DNA of 62,693 nt, counting the filler, from Sphacelaria rigidula (taxonomy: Eukaryota): assembly GCA_964200075.2 (NCBI GenBank). It is 8 parts of 8 records of this genome, joined end to end, with 100 filler letters (N's around TTAATTAATTAA, not from the genome) between each part and the next. Parts side by side here need not be neighbours in the genome. Positions count along the whole stretch, not along the records: positions 47,097 to 54,845 come from CAXNAA020013581.1; positions 54,946 to 62,693 come from CAXNAA020013582.1; 6 more parts are not named here. One strand, written 5' to 3'. Position numbers and translations under genes: made by a program. Of the stretch, positions 47,620 through 61,354 are shown piece after piece. How positions within the stretch are numbered: the stretch's first letter is position 1; each line of letters begins with the position of its first letter. Below the pieces are notes generated by a model that did not search any database, was not told where the DNA came from, and saw only the letters and a list, made by a program, of their open reading frames with translations.

Positions 47620-50037
47620 TCAAGCAGCCTTGTTCTTGTTCTGTCCGGTAAAATACGTATAATCGTTTTCACACGTTTTGAAATTTCGTCGGAGCACAGG
47701 AGCAAATATTCTCTCGGTGGCTGACAGCGCAGCATTCCACGGGCTCTGTCGAGCCCTGACGGCTTGATACTTCGTTCACTTGGAAAATTAGAGCACCGCT
47801 AGAACTTTCGGCGGAGCGCAGCACAAATTTCTCTCCGTGACTAGCATGGAAGGCTTTACTCGACGGCACATTTCGTTCACTTGAAACACGGGCTCTATCT
47901 GGAGATATCTTCCGCCGTTAACGTGACGGGCCCTCTTTTTTCTCTCTCTCTCTCGCTCTATCTGACACGGAATTCTCCAAATTGGGGATGGTTTTTTTTT
48001 ATTAAGGATGAGAACCGGGATCATCTACATTCCCCAAAGTTGTTTCTTCAGCTAGGACCCCAACATGTCGGTGATCTGGATCCAAACTTGTATGACGTGT
48101 AGTAGTTGTCAATAGCTCCCAGCAAGTGAAGAAATGGAGCCTTATTTCCAAGATTTAGTGTTGATACGAAGGTTGTAAATCTCCGGGTTTCTCATCCAGA
48201 ATAAGCAATCCATCCCCAATTTGTAAAATACCTTGTAATATCTCTCTTCTCCCTGTCTCGTTCACACAACGTAATGCTCTAGCCATTCAAACATACACGT
48301 TACATGCTGTGTGCTGAGCAAACAAAATGATGTTTGCGCGCTCAGATCGCAGCATTTTGTTTTCCTTCTCCTGGAGCTCTGACAGCTCATTATTCACAGA
48401 GAAATGTTGTGGTGAACGTTGGCCTTCTCATTTATTATTTCAAAGACCTGATTTCCATCTCAGGCGAAAAAGAAATTAACATGTTACACATCCGAATCTC
48501 CTGCAGTACTCGGACTGGCACAATGGCACTCTAACGCAAACCCCAACCCTAACCCCGACGAAGGCAGACCGAACTCTCGAGCATCGGCCGTGTTCTACGT
48601 AGTCGAAGGGTGCGATGATGTCTCTACGGGCGCCGATTCGAGTAAAAACGCATGTGCCCAGCGCACAAACATTCCCCTACATCGCGAGCGAGCCGAGTGT
48701 CATGAAAACCGAGTGAACCGCCTGTGTAAAAACCCGGATTTGGGATTTTGCTGGCAGTTATTGTACGTACCGCTCTTTTCAGGGGTCAGCCTTCTGGGGC
48801 GAGGGTGTGTGATGTATCTGCTGTAACGGCACCATCTCCACTCGAAGAACAAGTGCGACACTCAGATTGCCCACCGTGGCGGTCATGAGGTTACCAAAGA
48901 TCCGAATAAAGCAGTACCACAGCAGTACCGCATTCCACTGCAAGGGACATCAACGGCAGTTCAGGCCAAGGTTTCGAGTTTTCAAGTACGATACATGGGA
49001 AAACCTCGCGAAACGTTTGACCGCGAAGCCTCCCGCAGATGACCTCCGATGACCTACGCAACATTTGGGGTTCGGAACAGCTGTGTTCTTCAGGACTAAA
49101 CACCTTTTGTTTCCCCGAACATGTGGATGTTGTGCATATCCCTGCATATAGGATATAGTCCCGGAGAACCCCCCGACCGGTCCTGAGCCCCAAGTTCAAG
49201 TGCATACAGAATCAGTGTGTAGCATCATCCCCCCTTCGCTGACCCGTTTCACTTTTGTGGGGTACATGCCTTCACGCTTTTCATACGTTGCGCACGCTGG
49301 CAGCCGCCATTGCTGCCATATATGCAAACAACATACATACATCCTCTCCTCCTTTTTGTGCTCTTCTCGCAGCCGCTCTGAACAAAACTCGGGGTAGTGC
49401 TGGCACACCTCGAGCGTGTCTTGACCCTGTACGCATGCCACACCGTCTCGATTGTACCTTTTTTTTTTTAATCTCTGTTCTGCTGCTGCTGCTGCTGCTG
49501 CTGCAATTGAAACAGTGCGTAGATGCGAAGTCGTCCACTCAGCGGCGGAGTACAACAAACGGTATGAAACAGGCAGCGTGCGAGCGTTCTCCGTTGAGCA
49601 CAGTCTACTCTTATACACGGGAAACTTCCAAACACACACGATTGACTTCGTGAGTGTTCCGGTCGTTCTGCCAACAAACACCCAACCCTTCCCGCGAACC
49701 CGTCTCCTCCCCCCACTCCCTGGAAACCCTTGGATGTCCCTCTGGTGTCAGTCGGCGAAACATCGCCGAAATGAGAAAAATGCGTATAATGATATCATAT
49801 AGACAAAGTCGGTGAAATCGGATTTGGGCGGGGGAATGCATGGTGGCGCAGGGGACGAGAAGACAGTCATTCTCGAGGGGTGTTTTCTACCGTGAATATA
49901 GGGTTGATATCCACCCTTTTTTGGTCTGCGTTGAAATGGCGATACGTTTGGAGGATGTAAAAGCGTTCCTGGGATACTTGAAATATGAAGAAAAAATATA
50001 TATAGCGGTTCCTTTCTCGGGGATTTTATTAACGCAC

Positions 50038-52200
50038 CTCGTAGAACTCCTCAAGATCGACGGTCGAGCCGAGTCCGTCGTTATCGAACTCTCCCATGCC
50101 GTCCTCGTCAAGGTGTGGAAAGACGCTAAAATCAGAGTGATCTACAAAAAATCAGACCGCTCCGACTGCAACAACTACCGGGGAATGTCACTGGTGTTAC
50201 ACGCAGGGAAAGTGTTTTCGAAGATAGTGCCCAGCCGCCTCAGCGACTACTCCCAAGCACACGGGATACTGCCGGAGGAACAGTGCGGTTTCCCATCTGA
50301 TCGATCACCGCCGACATGTTCTTCGTAGTGCGCCGGCTCCAGGAACTGGGACGACGACAGAGACTATCACTACATATGTGCGCTGTCGATCTCCACAAGG
50401 CCCATGATTCGGCCGACCGAGAGCTCCTACGGCAGGTGCTTGCCCGAGCTGGGATTCCGGATGAGATGATAGTCATTATTCGCCAATTCCACAAGGGCAT
50501 GCAGGCCCATGTACGCATGGACGACGGGGAGCTCTCGAAGTGGTTCGAGGTCACCCAGGGACTACGGCAATGGTGTGTGCTGTCTCTGCTGTTGTTCGAA
50601 ATATGTCTTGCTGCGGCGCTCGCGATGATTCTCGTGCGCTTCAGCGAGGACGACATCATCCTCAAGGACATGGCATACCTCGACGAGGAGACGGTGAGGG
50701 AAGCGGAGAGACCTCTGGAACGCGTACGATGAGCGATCTGAGGAATGCTGTATGCCGTTGACGCGGCCGTCGTCTTGAGGTCCCCCGACGGCCTGGCGAG
50801 GATGATGACCGTTATAGTACGCGTGTTCGGGGTCTTCGGACAGAGACTCTACTGATGCAAGCACCGCAAAAACCGCCGCAAAAGGGGGAGCCGCCAACAC
50901 CACCCCAACCGCCACTGGTCATCGAAGCAGCGGATCAGAAGTACGCACAAACCACGAATTTCGAATACCTGGGTGGGCTCGGCACCGAAGACGGCGAGCT
51001 CACACAAGAGACCAACAACCGGAGCAGAGCCGCGTGGACGTGTATCAGAAACGTTTCCCGAGAGCTCTTTGACCGACCGAAAACACCATGGGAACTCAAG
51101 GTCCGACTGCTGAAGGCAGAGGCGACGGAGGTCCTACTATATGAATGCATGACGGGGCCCCCGCACAGCGAGCACTACCGCTTGCTAAGGACGGTACACT
51201 ATCGGCTCCTTCTGAGGGTTAACGGGTACCGCCGAGTACGTGGCACATACCGACAGTTTTCATACGCCCAGGCCCTTAAGAAGACCGGATGCCAAAGTGC
51301 TGAAGCCACCGTCCGGCAACGACAACTGCTGTTCGCGGGAGCCCTGGCTAGACATCCGGAAAGGCGGCTCCCGAAGCGACTGGCATTCGGGACAATCATG
51401 GGGGGAGGGAGGATCCGAGACCAGGGTGCCCGGAGCCAAACTGACTCAAGTGCCTGCGGGACAGTTTTCAAGCTGTCGGAGCCACGAACGGCTCTACGGA
51501 CGACAACCGACATACGTTGGGAGTTGAAAGTGTCCTCTGGCCTTCAGCAGCGAAGAGGGAAGGGGGGATACCATGGCACGCGGGGGTGCTGCAGGGGGCG
51601 GAGAGGCTCATGATATCTTGGCACAAGATCGGGAAAGAGGTCAGCCAACAACGTGCGATTAAACGGGAGATTTGAGGAGAGGAGGGAGGAAATGCAAGAA
51701 TGCGTTGCCAGCTTGTACCGAACTGAAAATGGCGGAAGTGGCATGACCCCCATAATTTCCCCTTGTATTATTTTTCTACTGACTGCTGCCTCCAATGCAT
51801 CCCTCCCTCCCGGGCGGTGTGTGCTGTTATTTGTGTTTTTCCTGTTATGCCTAGTATATTCCTACGTATAGCTGTCTCTTTAGAGGTACAACGTTAGAAC
51901 CCTGCCACTCGTATCGCTTTGGCTGGTGATCGTGGCTCTCGAGTTTGGCTCCCTTCCTGTTCGGCCTCGCGTGTTGAGTAGACCAATGGGCCCTGCCTTC
52001 AGTAGCCTGAATGGTCGCATATGACATCGGAACTTGAAGGTGTAGCAGTAGTCCTTTTTCCTTCCTCTGTTTTGTTTTTCCAGTATTTTTGTTATATTTG
52101 TTTTTCATTTCTCTTGTATCGCGTCTGTGTGAATTGATTCTCTTTTCCCCAGCTTGGGGTGGTTAGCCTGTGACCACGGAAGGCGTCCGCAACAGATATT
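50038..52200 (+). mobile_element. 5'-truncated, decayed RTE-like LINE (RT domain and 3' region), antisense within the TTLL1 intron
   Basis: [40 protein letters not shown] (mutated YADD) and FEYLG motifs, with frameshifts. The 3' end is approximate. Confidence 0.9.
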
Positions 52201-52746
52201 CAGTACAGAGTACTGCGCAGATATCGGAACGGTTTTGAATGTGAAGACAACAACAACAACCCCGCCTTTCGAATATAATAACACGGGTGATAGTTACCGC
52301 TTGGGTCTGTTAAACACAACCGGCGACGCGCGTAAACACACCAGACGCATCGATAAAAGGTGCTTTTTATAGAGTTTAGAGTCGGACAACGTTTATTTCC
52401 AGACGAAAACGTTTTTTTGTCACAATGGGGAAAAAAAACAAGAACAGGGACTTTCTTAAATGAAAAAATAAATAAATGAACGAAAAAATACTCAAGTGCA
52501 TCTGCCGGGGACAGAACTCGCGTTGTTCCGCCTTTCATTGATATTGATATCCATTGTCTTCACCAGTTGAGACTACCATCGCCGAGAATACTTGGGAACA
52601 GCACAACGACTTCATGATGGAAACGACCAAGAGAGGCAGTTCTTCCTTCTAGGTTTGTGCTGCGTCACATACCCCAGGGAGAGAAGTGGCACATGACACA
52701 TACATATCCGTCCACTGCTGACTCTCGAAGACAAAGTTTTCTTCTA

Positions 52747-53135
<389 letters not shown>

Positions 53136-53178
53136 TATGTAGGTCTTCCGTCACCCGGCATGACAACGTTTCTCACGA

Positions 53179-53458
53179 TTAATTTGATTGATTTGATTGA
53201 TTTGATTGATTTGGTTGATTTGGTTGATCTGATTGATCTGATTGATTTGGTTGACTTGATTGATATGATTGATATGATTGATTTGGTTGATTTGATTGAT
53301 TCGATATGATTTGATATGATTCGATATGATTTGATATGATTTGATATGATTTGATATGATTTGATATGATTTGATATGATTTGATATGATTTGATATGAT
53401 CTGGTTGATTTGATATGATTTGATATGATTTGATTGATCTGATTGATTTGATTGATTG
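53179..53458. repeat. Compound microsatellite: (ttgatttga) 9-mers grading into (gatttgatat) 10-mers
   Basis: Directly visible tandem array. Confidence 0.95.
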
Positions 53459-53889
53459 CCGCATTTCAACTGACCCCCGAGGTATCCAGCTGTAGTCACA
53501 TGATAGACGAACCCAAGAAAAAACAAAACTGATAACACTTGCTGAAGAGAAAAAAGGCTGCCATCAACTATTTTCAAAATCCGGCAAGCAAATACTAGGC
53601 GGGCTCATTTTGCCGTTGCCTTTGTGCGTTATTCTCCAGCGTTTCTCAAAATCCGGTGAACAGAAACTATACGGATTCTCACTGTTCATACTTTCACAAA
53701 CCCCAGAGAAGCAAAGTACAAGTAGAGGAATATATATATTTCGAGATGGGCGCTACCGGCGGGAAGGTTTGAAGAAACTCTCCGCCTAGACCAAGAAATC
53801 CAATGACGACGTGTCGTCAAATCAAGAGGGGGCGAGATTAGAAACGTCCGCCCGCACACACCGCAGGAGAAACGCGCAAAACATGTTTG

Positions 53890-54326
53890 TAACACGGGAT
53901 CTTACAAACTGGGGATGGATCATTTATTGGGAATGAGAAACCTGGAGATTTAAATCTTCGCATCCACACAAAATCTTCGAAATATGGTTCCACTTCTTCA
54001 CCTACTGATAGCTTTTGACAACTGCTACACGCCATAGAAATTTGGATTTCGATCACCGAAATGTTGGGGTCCTAGATGGAAAACCAATATTGGGGAATTT
54101 CGGGCGTCCGAACGGACGTCAAAATCGTTCCGAAATTGGTTTTTCATCTAGAACCCCAACATTTCGGTGATTGAAGTCCAAATTTCTAGGGCGTGTAGCT
54201 GTTGTTAATAGCTATCAGTAGGTGAAAAAATGGAACCATATTTCGAAGGTGTCGTGTGGATACGAAGATTTTAATTCTCGGGGTTTCTCATCCGCAATAA
54301 AAGATCCATTTGTAAGATACCGTGTT
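53890..54326. mobile_element. Foldback MITE (~200-bp arms, TAACACGG termini); related partial copies at ~39400-39586 and ~47965-48238
   Basis: aacacgggatcttacaaa ... tttgtaagataccgtgtt, with arms pairing to near the centre. Confidence 0.85.
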
Positions 54327-55033
54327 TTGTGCGCTTCTTCCTCATCTGGGGAGGTCTCCTGGCACCTATTCCGAACATTTCTAGAGTCTCACACACACAG
54401 AACAGGCTTCGCTTCGCTGCATATACGTTGGCGTCGGCCGTGCTGTCGAGCACGAGCAGCGCAGACAGCACTTAACCGTCTGTACTGCCGCATGCAGTAG
54501 GATGTAGGATTCACTTTGCACACATTAACTAGTGCAGCGGCTGCACTGTACTAAAAACGAAGTGAACAACGTGCGGTAGAGACAGTAGTACTAAAAAACA
54601 CAGAGTACAACCTGCCTGTACTGCCGCATACAGTAGGTAGGCTGCGAAAACGTTGGCCTGCGCATAGTAGTACAGCGGCTCTGATAAGAGATGTGGACAA
54701 CGTGTAGCACAGACAGTACTGGACACTACAGCACTGTCTGCACTGCCGCAGACGAGTAAGATGCAGGTGCCAGTTTGCACACAGTACGAGCTGGGTCAGC
54801 AGCCATCGGGGGGGGGGGGGGGGGGGGGGACGCAAGATTATGCTTNNNNNNNNNNNNNNNNNNNNNNNNNNNNNNNNNNNNNNNNNNNNTTAATTAATTA
54901 ANNNNNNNNNNNNNNNNNNNNNNNNNNNNNNNNNNNNNNNNNNNNTGTACTCATGGCCATGCATGCCATCATAATAACGTTGGCAGGGGGGGAGGGGTGG
55001 AGGGAATCCCGATTGGCTTTTAGTGTACTATAC

Positions 55034-55108
55034 CTCAAGCGCTCGTAGCTGGGTGGCGCTATCCATGGTGACGAGGGCCTCGCAGTAGTCAACCAGGGGC
55101 GATTGCAC
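55034..55108 (-). CDS. Exon of SMYD5/ATXR2-like protein (VQSPLVDYCEALVTMDSATQLRALE)
   Basis: cag|...|gtatag, 75 nt. Completes NLLDVEVQSPLVDY, resembling the ATXR2-type NxLD..VxSPxxDY segment. Confidence 0.8.
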
Positions 55109-55549
55109 CTGCCTCATCACATTGATCGCATTCATGCAAAAATGTACCGAGGAGGAGGGAGAGGAGCCCAACAGAGAGTGGTGTTGCTGAGACGCATTCT
55201 ACCCGTACGTGTGATGCGGAAGATTTGCGGCGCACCGCCGCTCATCATGTCGAGCACTACATAACAAGCAAAAAGCAGGAAACAGCGTGCGGAGCAACAC
55301 CCATACCCAAACACGCGAGAACACCCTTCGATGAATCGGATTACAGTCAGCAAGTCTATACGCCGGGTATTTGTACTCGAGACACTCAGCACGATCCCTC
55401 GCGGCATCACGGCCAAGATGCAACGCACTCAACAAACATATCCAGAGCTTCTCCGCCGACTACATCAAGCGCAGAGCCGGCAACGCTTTCCGACTCTAGA
55501 TCGTTTCCGTGAACGGTAAACGGCCGGCCGCAAATAAAATTCGTCCCAC

Positions 55550-56155
55550 CTCAACATCGAGAAGATTAGCGGCGAGTCCATCAACCACATCAGCGTGCAC
55601 CCGGCGGCTCAGCAATACCGGCATTTCCGTTGGATCAATTGCCGAAGCGCTGGCGGCGGCTGCGACGTCGTGAAAGGTCGCCGACAGTGTTTCCATCAAG
55701 AGTGCCCACGATTCGGATACAACGGTTTGATTCACCGCGCGGCGATTCCGGCATCCCGATCGGTGGTGGAACCGGCCCCTCGGGAAGAGTGCCGTGAGCA
55801 AGGCGTGAACCGCGGCATTTTCGTCGCGGTCTTCGGTACTTCCGGTGTTTTCACTCTTAACGGTGGTTTGTTGAGCGATCGCTTGATGGAGTGGGAGGCG
55901 AGAGGGTGGTGGCGGCAGCGGCGGAGGTGAATCAGAAGCCGGGGGTGTCGGCGATGAATGCGAGCATGATGGCCGTGTCGGCGGAGATGATGGCAGTGCC
56001 GACAATGATGATGATGGATGCAGTGCTGACCAAGATGACGGAAGTGGTGACGGGGATGACTCGCGTGCACGCTTCACCGCGAAAGCCGCTTGAATGAGGA
56101 GCTGCGCCGCCATGAGCAACGGCACCTCTGCGTTCTGGTCGGTAAGGGCGTGAAC
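55550..56155 (-). CDS. Exon of SMYD5/ATXR2-like protein (VHALTDQNAEVPLLMAAQLL...GLAANLLDVE)
   Basis: cag|...|gtggga, 606 nt open, phase 0/0. Confidence 0.8.
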
Positions 56156-56848
56156 CTGCCAATAGGAAACAACGAAAGGAAGCCGCCGGCAGCGCGGGCA
56201 GGGAGCGTACTCATGATCTTGCATGCCGTGTTCATGACACCATTGACCTCTCGTCCCTTCAAAGTCGGGACGGAGCACGCCGTGTTTACGCTGGATCAGG
56301 CTTGCTATCAATCACCAAGCGCGAAGCGCCGTGATGTCTCCGTCGAGTCGACTAGAGGGCGAGCTGCATCCTGCCAAGATTGTTCGGCCGGAAGTGTACA
56401 AGTTATCACGCAATGTAGATGACAGCCTTGAATGAGTTGCTTCATTTCCTGGTATCACCAGGCCCAGAGACAGCCAAGGGCGACGCTGCCGCATGGATGT
56501 CTCACCATTCAAACACTACGCACTACGATCATCTCCTTTGCGCGGAGTTGAGGTTGGGGCAGAGGGGGGTTGAAACCCCTAGAAAACAGGTTAGGTGTAC
56601 ATAAGCCATGGGGAAAACAGAGTGGACATTTTCAAGTTTTGACAACTTAATAGCCAGACAGAAAGGTAAAGTGGCACAATTTTTCTGGTTGAACAATCAC
56701 AAAGCTGCATGCCCCTGTACCCTTCTGGCTGTCCAGCACAACAACGTGGACGTGAGGGCAAACACCGGGTCAACCTGCGATAAGATAACCCCCTTACCAA
56801 ACATGCGCTAAATCAAGCGAACCACTATCCGGATACAACCCGCGACAC

Positions 56849-56986
56849 CTTGTGCTTGACGAGCGGATGTCCATTGTCCTCCACCCGTCCAAGACAAAGT
56901 ATGCAATGCCCCGCTTCCCAGCAATTGCGTCGACACGTGTCGCTGCAGTAGAGAGCTCCGCACCCCATGCTGCAGGCCACAGTCGC
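56849..56986 (-). CDS. Exon of SMYD5/ATXR2-like protein (ATVACSMGCGALYCSDTCRRNCWEAGHCILCLG...)
   Basis: cag|...|gtgtcg, 138 nt. C-x3-C...YCS-x2-C...W...H-x3-C MYND-like finger. Confidence 0.88.
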
Positions 56987-57855
56987 CTGTCTCACGTGCA
57001 CAACGGCAAAAATTCCATATCCGCACGACAGCTGTGTAAAATTTGCGGTGCTGTCTACTATTTCCTCGTAGTGTGTACAAAGACGGCGAGAAAGCGCGGC
57101 GCGTGCATCCATGTACATTACACGAGCGGGTGGCCGCGTTCGCGCCTGAAGTGCTAATCCGTAAGGGTGCGATAAACCAAAAATATGAATTGTACTCGTG
57201 GGCCACTTCTAATGTGTAGAACAAAAATGTCGAGAATTAGGGCTTTTTCGCCTTCTTCATCATTTTACGCCCGAAAAGAGGGCTAGGCGGACGTTGACAT
57301 CTTGGAATGACTTCCTCTACTCGTTGAGAGCTTTGCAGAGCACCTTCGCGTTTTCTGGTAGCCACAGTGTTTTTTCAGCCAAAGTTGCATTTTCGACAAC
57401 AAACGGGCAAGTTGTAAAAAAAGCCGCGAAAAAATGCATTTATAATAAAATAAAATAACCGTTTGCGATCTGAAATAAAAGTTTGGCAAAAAAACAAACT
57501 GCGGCCACCGCGAAGCGCAAAGGTGCCTAGGGACGGTCTCAAGGAGTAGAGCAAGTCATTCCAACGTGTCAACATCCGCCCAGTCCTCTCTTTGGCCGTA
57601 AACGGCGCAGAAGGGCCAAAGAAAGGCAGTTTTGAACGAGATTTGTTTTCTGACACAGAGGAAGTGGCCTTACTATATATTTTTTCATCGTATGGGGTGT
57701 TTTTGTTTTCATCTCAACTTGAACAAATCAAATGCTCAGTAGGCTATCATGATCTTCCTTCCGGAGGCTTGTCTCCCTCTTTTTTCTCCCCGACCACTGC
57801 GAAAACATGCATATCTCAGCTTCTGGGATGGTAGGGGAAAGCAAGTTCTCCTCAC

Positions 57856-58983
57856 CTCCATGAAACGGTCGGACAAACCAGACACCGTCGGCAGACGACC
57901 GTTACAGTCACCACCACCACCATGGCCACCACGTCTTCGCACCCCCCGATGTTCCTCTCGCCCCACTTCCCTCCCGTCTTCTTCACGCCCGTCCTCCTCA
58001 TGAAACGTTCGTGACGCTTCTTGCCCCACCTTCTTCCCGACCGAGGAATGATCACGGGAACTTCCAGTAGTCGTGGTAGGAGCACGAGCAGCAGCAGCAG
58101 CAGCAGCAGCGGTACCGTGTTCTTTAGCACGTGATATATCATTCTCGGAATCCCCCGATGCTCGGCTAGCAAAACGCTCGGTGCACCGCGGTGTCGGAGG
58201 CTGGTCAAACTCCAAAGCTCTAGCACGATCACATCTACCGGAGGCTATGGCCAGCTGCAGGTCTAGGGTACCGACGTGGCGGAGGCAGCCAGGGCAGGCA
58301 ATGACCCAGGGCAGGGCGCTCGAGGTCTGCATGGCGGCCACGGGCCGTTCCACGGAGACTACATCTCCTCGAGTGATCGCTCTCGAAGTTTTGTAACCAC
58401 CGCTATGGCGATGGTGGCTGCTGCTGCTGCTGCTCATTCCATCAAGATACCCATTGCTTCTCGCTCTTTCGTCACTGATAGCACGACATGTTTCGCGACC
58501 CGACAGATGGGGTGTGGGAGCTTCCGCCGCCAGCCAGCCCGCCAACAGCCCGCCACCGTTCTTACCATCCCCATGGACGAGCAGATCTTGAGTCGGTTGC
58601 TGCTGCTCATGTTGGGATGCCGCTTGATTCTCGTCGCTGTTTAGAGCTTGTACCTCCCGCAAGCCCTCTGCTCGTGAGAGACCCGGGAACGTGCTGCTCG
58701 TGACGGCCGTTAGCGACGCGGCATCTAGAAAATTCATGACTTTCCCGTTTTCTCCAGCTCGTACCGCGATGCGGATATGCCTGTATTGTGCACTCACGCC
58801 TGCAAGTGGCTGTGTCTCGGCCTGCAGCATTCGTTTGCGGAGTAGTGACGGGGTTTGAATATTTATTCGTGTGAGCATATCAGGGCGAGGACAAATCTCG
58901 GCGCGTGAGGCGGTGTGAGGCGTCCCCCTGTACAATGATACGGTACTGTACTTACTGACCATGGTATGAGCAGTCTTACACAA
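57856..58983 (-). CDS. First large exon of SMYD5/ATXR2-like SET-MYND lysine methyltransferase (start uncertain; ATG at 58737 plausible)
   Basis: Long open frame with RAITRGDVVSVERPV (SET N-part) and ACPGCLRHVG (first MYND-like CxxC). gtgag donor follows 57856. Confidence 0.78.
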
Positions 58984-59687
58984 GAGGTAACGTCAGCGTG
59001 CAGCATAAGTAGAGTGCCGGTTTAAGCCTGATTCAATCCTTTCATCAAAGCGGAGCCGTCACTACAGTATGTAGTGGATAAAATGTTCGCTATCTCTTTC
59101 ACGGTTCCCATTCACATCAAGTCGGGCATGAGTTTTATTTTCGGGAGAAGTTTTGCGGGCGAATGAGGCCCGATTTCGGGTCCTACATTCCGGGAAAGTG
59201 GACGTGGACACCTGTCTACAAAAAAAAAAATGGCCCGTAATCGAGCCAATCATATCAATCACAATCACGCACGTCACCTCAAAATAACGACCCGGCCAAC
59301 ATGTAATGTACTATAAAAGTAGTACAGTTCTTGAGTGTTTGGTGCTGATCAGTCTGTGGAAGCTGTTGATCCGGTGACTCCTCTTGTTGCACGAGTGTAG
59401 CGCAAAAACAGCAGCCGTTGTTCGTTACTGTAGCACCCGGGAAGCATACGCCGTACGACTCACCACACCACGTTCACCGCCCCTGCGAGCATCAGCTTTC
59501 AAAACTACGAGCATCATCAGCGGTTGTGGCCGCCACACACCACAGCAAGAACAGTGAAATGTTCGTGCGGATGATGTACCTTGTGTTCAACAGCTACAGG
59601 CAGTCAGGGGATGAAAATCATCAGCCTCACCAGCCAGTGTTTTCACGAAAAATGAAATCGCTCTCCACGATCTCGACTGTAAAATAT

Positions 59688-60490
59688 GCTGGAACCATCT
59701 GGCACAAAACAGCCGACTTTTCATCTTGTGATTTCGCTCTCTGCAACTCAAAGTGTATGCAGAGCACTCTGTCCAACGCGAAATTGCCCTTTATGCACGG
59801 CGGCACTGAACAAAGCAGCAGCTGGCGGCGTGCAAGGTGATGCAAGGTCGTCACAGATTTCTTGCTACGAGCAAAGACATTTGCTCGGAAACGAAACACG
59901 GCGAGAACGTCATAGTTTACATCTCGTGTTTAGTACATATTGGCAGTCACGAAAAACGTCATCGTTGCTGTGATCAGCCGGCGAAAGTCGATGCAACCAC
60001 GAAAAACAAAAATTGCTGCAGGCGCCCAGGTTTTTGTGCTGGAACCACCTAACACGAAACAGCCGACTTTCATCTGTGCTTCGCTCTCTGGAACTCAAAG
60101 GGTATAGAGCATTCCAAGGGCAGGTCGAGGAGAGTATATTCAATCGCGGGGTATTTTGGACCTCGTACTTGAAGTACACAATTGGGGGGTAGGGTATTAG
60201 GGATCGCTTTCCAGTTAATTCTTGGGTACGACTCCTAACACTCTACACTAATTTGAGTACCTCAAGAACGCCTTTCAAAATACCCCGCAATTGAGTATAC
60301 TCTACTCGACCTGCTCTTGGAGCATCCGCTCTTCCAACCCGAAATTACCCTTTGTGTACAGCGGCGCAGAACCAAGCAGCGGCGGCTAGCGGTGTGTTAG
60401 ATGATGCGAGACCGTCACAGATCTCCTTGCTGCAAGCAGAGACATTCGCTCGGGAATGTAAGACGGCGAGGATGATAGCGTTCACATCTT
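59688..60490. repeat. Diverged tandem duplication (~59688-59925 and ~60038-60490)
   Basis: Both copies run gctggaacca...acagccgacttt...gtcacagat...acggcgag...acatct. Confidence 0.8.
60115..60319. mobile_element. hAT-like foldback MITE with 8-bp TSD
   Basis: Ends caagggcaggtcgag / ctcgacctgctcttg with flanks GAGCATTC / GAGCATCC. Absent from the sister duplicate. Confidence 0.85.
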
Positions 60491-61354
60491 ATTTTTAGCA
60501 CGGACAGATGGTCAAGAAGAACATCGTCTCCGTTTCGAAGATCCGCTTTTCTTCAAATTTCCCATCTCCATCTTGTAGCTCGATGTACGCTGCTAGTCGC
60601 CAACCCCAAAAGTGCCAATCTTTCAACGCGGGTATCTCGGCGATCAGGCAAAGGATTGCACTGCGGTTAGTTGCGTGCGCTTCCGACACATACAAAGCTA
60701 GGGAAGTATGTAGATAATATCCTTCACGTGTCCCACAGATGCTGCACGCCACCAACGCCATCAAAATGTGCTACAATGTAGTGAAAAGGCCCGTCTTTTT
60801 TCCCCTATTTTTTTTTTGTCTCTTTGTTTTCGGGGCTTTTTGGATCCGCTGTGACGATCGAAGCTCAATTCTTGCTTGTATCGCTAGGTTCTGTGTATGT
60901 GCGGGGGGCTATAAAGTGCTACAGGCCGAGCTTGCTTCCTGTGCTGAGAATATCGCGATGAAAGTATTGCAGTTGTCGTATACTGTAACAAACTCAATGA
61001 GAAACGAAGCGTGTGCCATACTCCAAAAACGAGGGCTGTGAACTGGACCAGTTTGTACTGGCGGTTAAACTGGAACTGGAGTTCTAACTGAAACTGGTGA
61101 TGAGGACTCCAGTGTATCCAGTTTATTTGAAGTTTGCCGTTACCGGCTATGTTTATACCAATTTTAGTATGGTGAGTTTATAACAAAGATGCTTACATAA
61201 GTACGAACAAAATGACCGTAGAATTGGGACCTGCACCTGGCAGCAGTACAAGTATAGACAATACTCGTGGTACGAGCTGGGCCAGCCTTGAAGCGGATTT
61301 GGAGTTTGCAGGCCCATTCGTAGTTTGTAGTACCGGGCGTGAAACCTAGTTTCT

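Noticed and set aside
55732..56097. His/Arg-rich and Met-rich ORFs
   Set aside because: These are alternative frames or antisense readings of the S/P-rich SET-MYND exon.
59627..60764. Ankyrin-like or other coding repeats on the minus strand of the tandem duplication
   Set aside because: Only a DVN-like fragment is present. The frames are not conserved between the copies and contain stops.
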